Below, one piece after another: positions 62,159-64,000 of a stretch of 64,000 bases of DNA. How positions within the stretch are numbered: position 1 is the first letter of the stretch; the number at the start of each line of letters is the position of its first letter. The DNA comes from Amoebophrya sp. A120 (lineage: Eukaryota; Protista; Dinoflagellata): positions 4,179,420 through 4,243,419 of the forward strand of contig CAJINV010000008.1 in assembly GCA_905178155.1 (NCBI GenBank), in the 5' to 3' direction. Under the pieces are notes generated by a model. It was not told the origin of the DNA. It worked only from the letters and a program-made list of their open reading frames with translations, and ran no database searches. The position numbers and the translations under genes were made by a program.

Positions 62159-63373
62159 ACCAGGCCGTCCAGGCGGTTGAGGCCGGCTTCAAGTCCCTGC
62201 CCCATGAGGACCAGGTTGGTATCGTCCAATGGATCGACCGATCCCTGAACCCGCCCACGCACCCGTGGATGTACTGATTTTGTTTTAAACTTCTTTAGCT
62301 GCATATGTCAGACAGTTTCTCGCAGGCCATAAGAAGCGAGCAAAGGGCTGATTTTGTTTTAAAACCCTGAACAAACCTCATGATCACGCATTCTCAACCC
62401 TGCGTTCCTACCTCCATGTAAATGCACACTTCACATAGTCTTTTGTCGTGCGCTATTCATCAATCCATGTGTGAGAAGCTGCCATCCAGTCTGAATTTTG
62501 GCACATAATCACAAACTCAATCAACACAGCTCGACGGAGTCTGGCGCAGTCCTGGGTGCCCACGACATCGGTATCACCTTGATGATAACAGCCACGGCCG
62601 CTCTTTGTTGCCTTTGTTTCCAAAAACCGCGAAGATGAGAATTGATACTCAAATGGCGGGAGCAGTGGCGAAGACAGCTGTGCACGATTTGTCATGCACA
62701 ATTTGTCATGGCGTAGTTGGATCATCTTGCGGCACAAGACGCACAATGTAGTTTCCCGACTAGTTCACTGTGCATCCATGATGACGATATTGCAAATGCA
62801 TATGTAGGCGGTTCCGGTTTCAGCGGTAGCTTCGTCATGACGAAACATGTTTTCGTTTCGCGGTTTCCCAGTCATGGGTTGTAGGAGAGGTCCGTGAAGC
62901 TTCTTTCATCCCCATACCTGTCGGCTCAACCTTCTACGAAATGTTGCAAATATACTGTCTACTGGGTCCTCTGTACATTTCTGATGCGCTTGCGTCTGCG
63001 CAACCAAGGTTACAGCGATATGCTTTCGTTAGTATGGCGAGTGCTCGTTTTTGCGCATGACACCGAGATGAAGCAACGCATCCCCACGGCGGCATCCACG
63101 CATCCGAAAGCCCAAAAATCTGGTGATGGGATCGAAAGTTTTCTTGCAGTATCATTGGGTCCACACGAGTTGCAAGGAAAATGAATACGTGAGTACTACT
63201 CTACAAAGAGCACAGACTAGTACCCTACGACGCGACCTATTTGCAATGCATACTCTTTTCATCGCGATGAACATGATGTTGGCCTTCACCGTTTTCTTCC
63301 TGCTCGAGCGAAACGCAGTGCCCGCCCAGTGGAAGCGGTCCGTCACCGTCGCCATGCTTGTCACGGGCGTCGC
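62159..63373 (+). CDS. Microbial (proteorhodopsin-type) rhodopsin, partial: helices A-B with N-terminal extension
   Basis: Exon 63258-63373 FIAMNMMLAFTVFFLLERNAVPAQWKRSVTVAMLVTGVA matches the proteorhodopsin helix A/B pattern (MLAxTVFFxxERxxVxxxWKxSxTVxxLVTGxA). VGSTF (62920-62934) joins in frame across element 62935-63252. Upstream exons 62159-62270 and ~62776-62792 are inferred. Confidence 0.8.
62935..63252. mobile_element. Introner element, degenerate family A, in the rhodopsin gene
   Basis: tacgaaatgttgcaaata ... tatttgcaatgcata; flanks ccttc/ctctt; element+5 joins VGSTF to FIAMNMM. Confidence 0.72.
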
Positions 63374-64000
63374 GTATTGAAATACAATTTAGATAGATGA
63401 GTGCTTCTTGATTCTTCGCCTCGCTTGTTTCACGCAGGCGGCGTTGAGCCTAGTATCCTCCTTGACAGAGTAACAGAACATTTTGAGGCGGAAAAAGAAA
63501 TGCTACGGGGACAAGTTAGTTGCCCTTTTGGCATAGCTGGAAGTAGCGTGGTTTGCAGCGAGTTTCAGTGTCTCCTAAAACTGTGAGGACTGATGATGCG
63601 TGACATGTGCAGCTCTAACTCAACTAAAACAAAACTACAGGTTCTGGAACTACTTCTACATGCGAGGGGCGTGATATGCAGGGAAGCGAGGTGTTTCGGT
63701 TCTGGAAATCGGTCCTTTACAAGTTCGTCTTGTTTGTAAACTGCCATGTACGACAAGATTCTAATGTCATGCGCAATATTGGAAGTTGAACTTGAAGTGG
63801 TTGTTGAGGGAGCGCTCCGGGGGCTCGATGTCTTTCTCTGTGGCTAATGCTTGAAAGAACAGTTTTTTGTATTCTGGGAGCGTCGCGCTTTTGGGCTTGT
63901 TCATGATACGCATGCGACGCGAGGATTTCGATTTTCCCAGTGAGGTATCTTCCATTGAGCCCAACTAGAATCGTGACCGACTCCTTCCCCTGCATACGCT

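Noticed and set aside
1-64000. Dinoflagellate spliced-leader sequence, tRNA or rRNA genes
   Set aside because: No CCGTAGCCATTTTGGCTCAAG match or RNA-gene pattern noticed by eye. A covariance-model scan would be needed to exclude them.

Overview
Eukaryotic, gene-dense, intron-rich DNA. All ~13 recognisable genes are on the + strand: importin-alpha, an AlkB dioxygenase with a very long Trp-rich tail, an ABCB-like half-transporter, tyrosine aminotransferase, a FAM166-like ciliary protein, two coiled-coil proteins, a membrane protein, a Methyltransf_24-like protein, a low-complexity protein, a Cys-repeat/NDUFAF7(MidA)-like methyltransferase, RPS29 and the 5' part of a proteorhodopsin-type gene. 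The dominant signal is a system of at least 35 short (150-375 nt) MITE-like elements inserted inside coding exons. They have terminal inverted repeats TAT(C/G)...(G/C)ATA and a 5-nt target-site duplication (TSD). Removing the element plus one 5-nt copy restores the reading frame, often through conserved protein motifs, yet most cannot be spliced as GT/GC/GA-AG introns in any register. They coexist with ordinary GT-AG introns. This matches the non-canonical 'introner' introns reported for the parasitic dinoflagellate Amoebophrya (Syndiniales); the taxon is inferred, not verified. By manual reading the window also shows orientation-independent removal, a terminal core shared across families, and apparent stages of conversion to canonical introns. 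All exon models are manual and unverified by RNA data.
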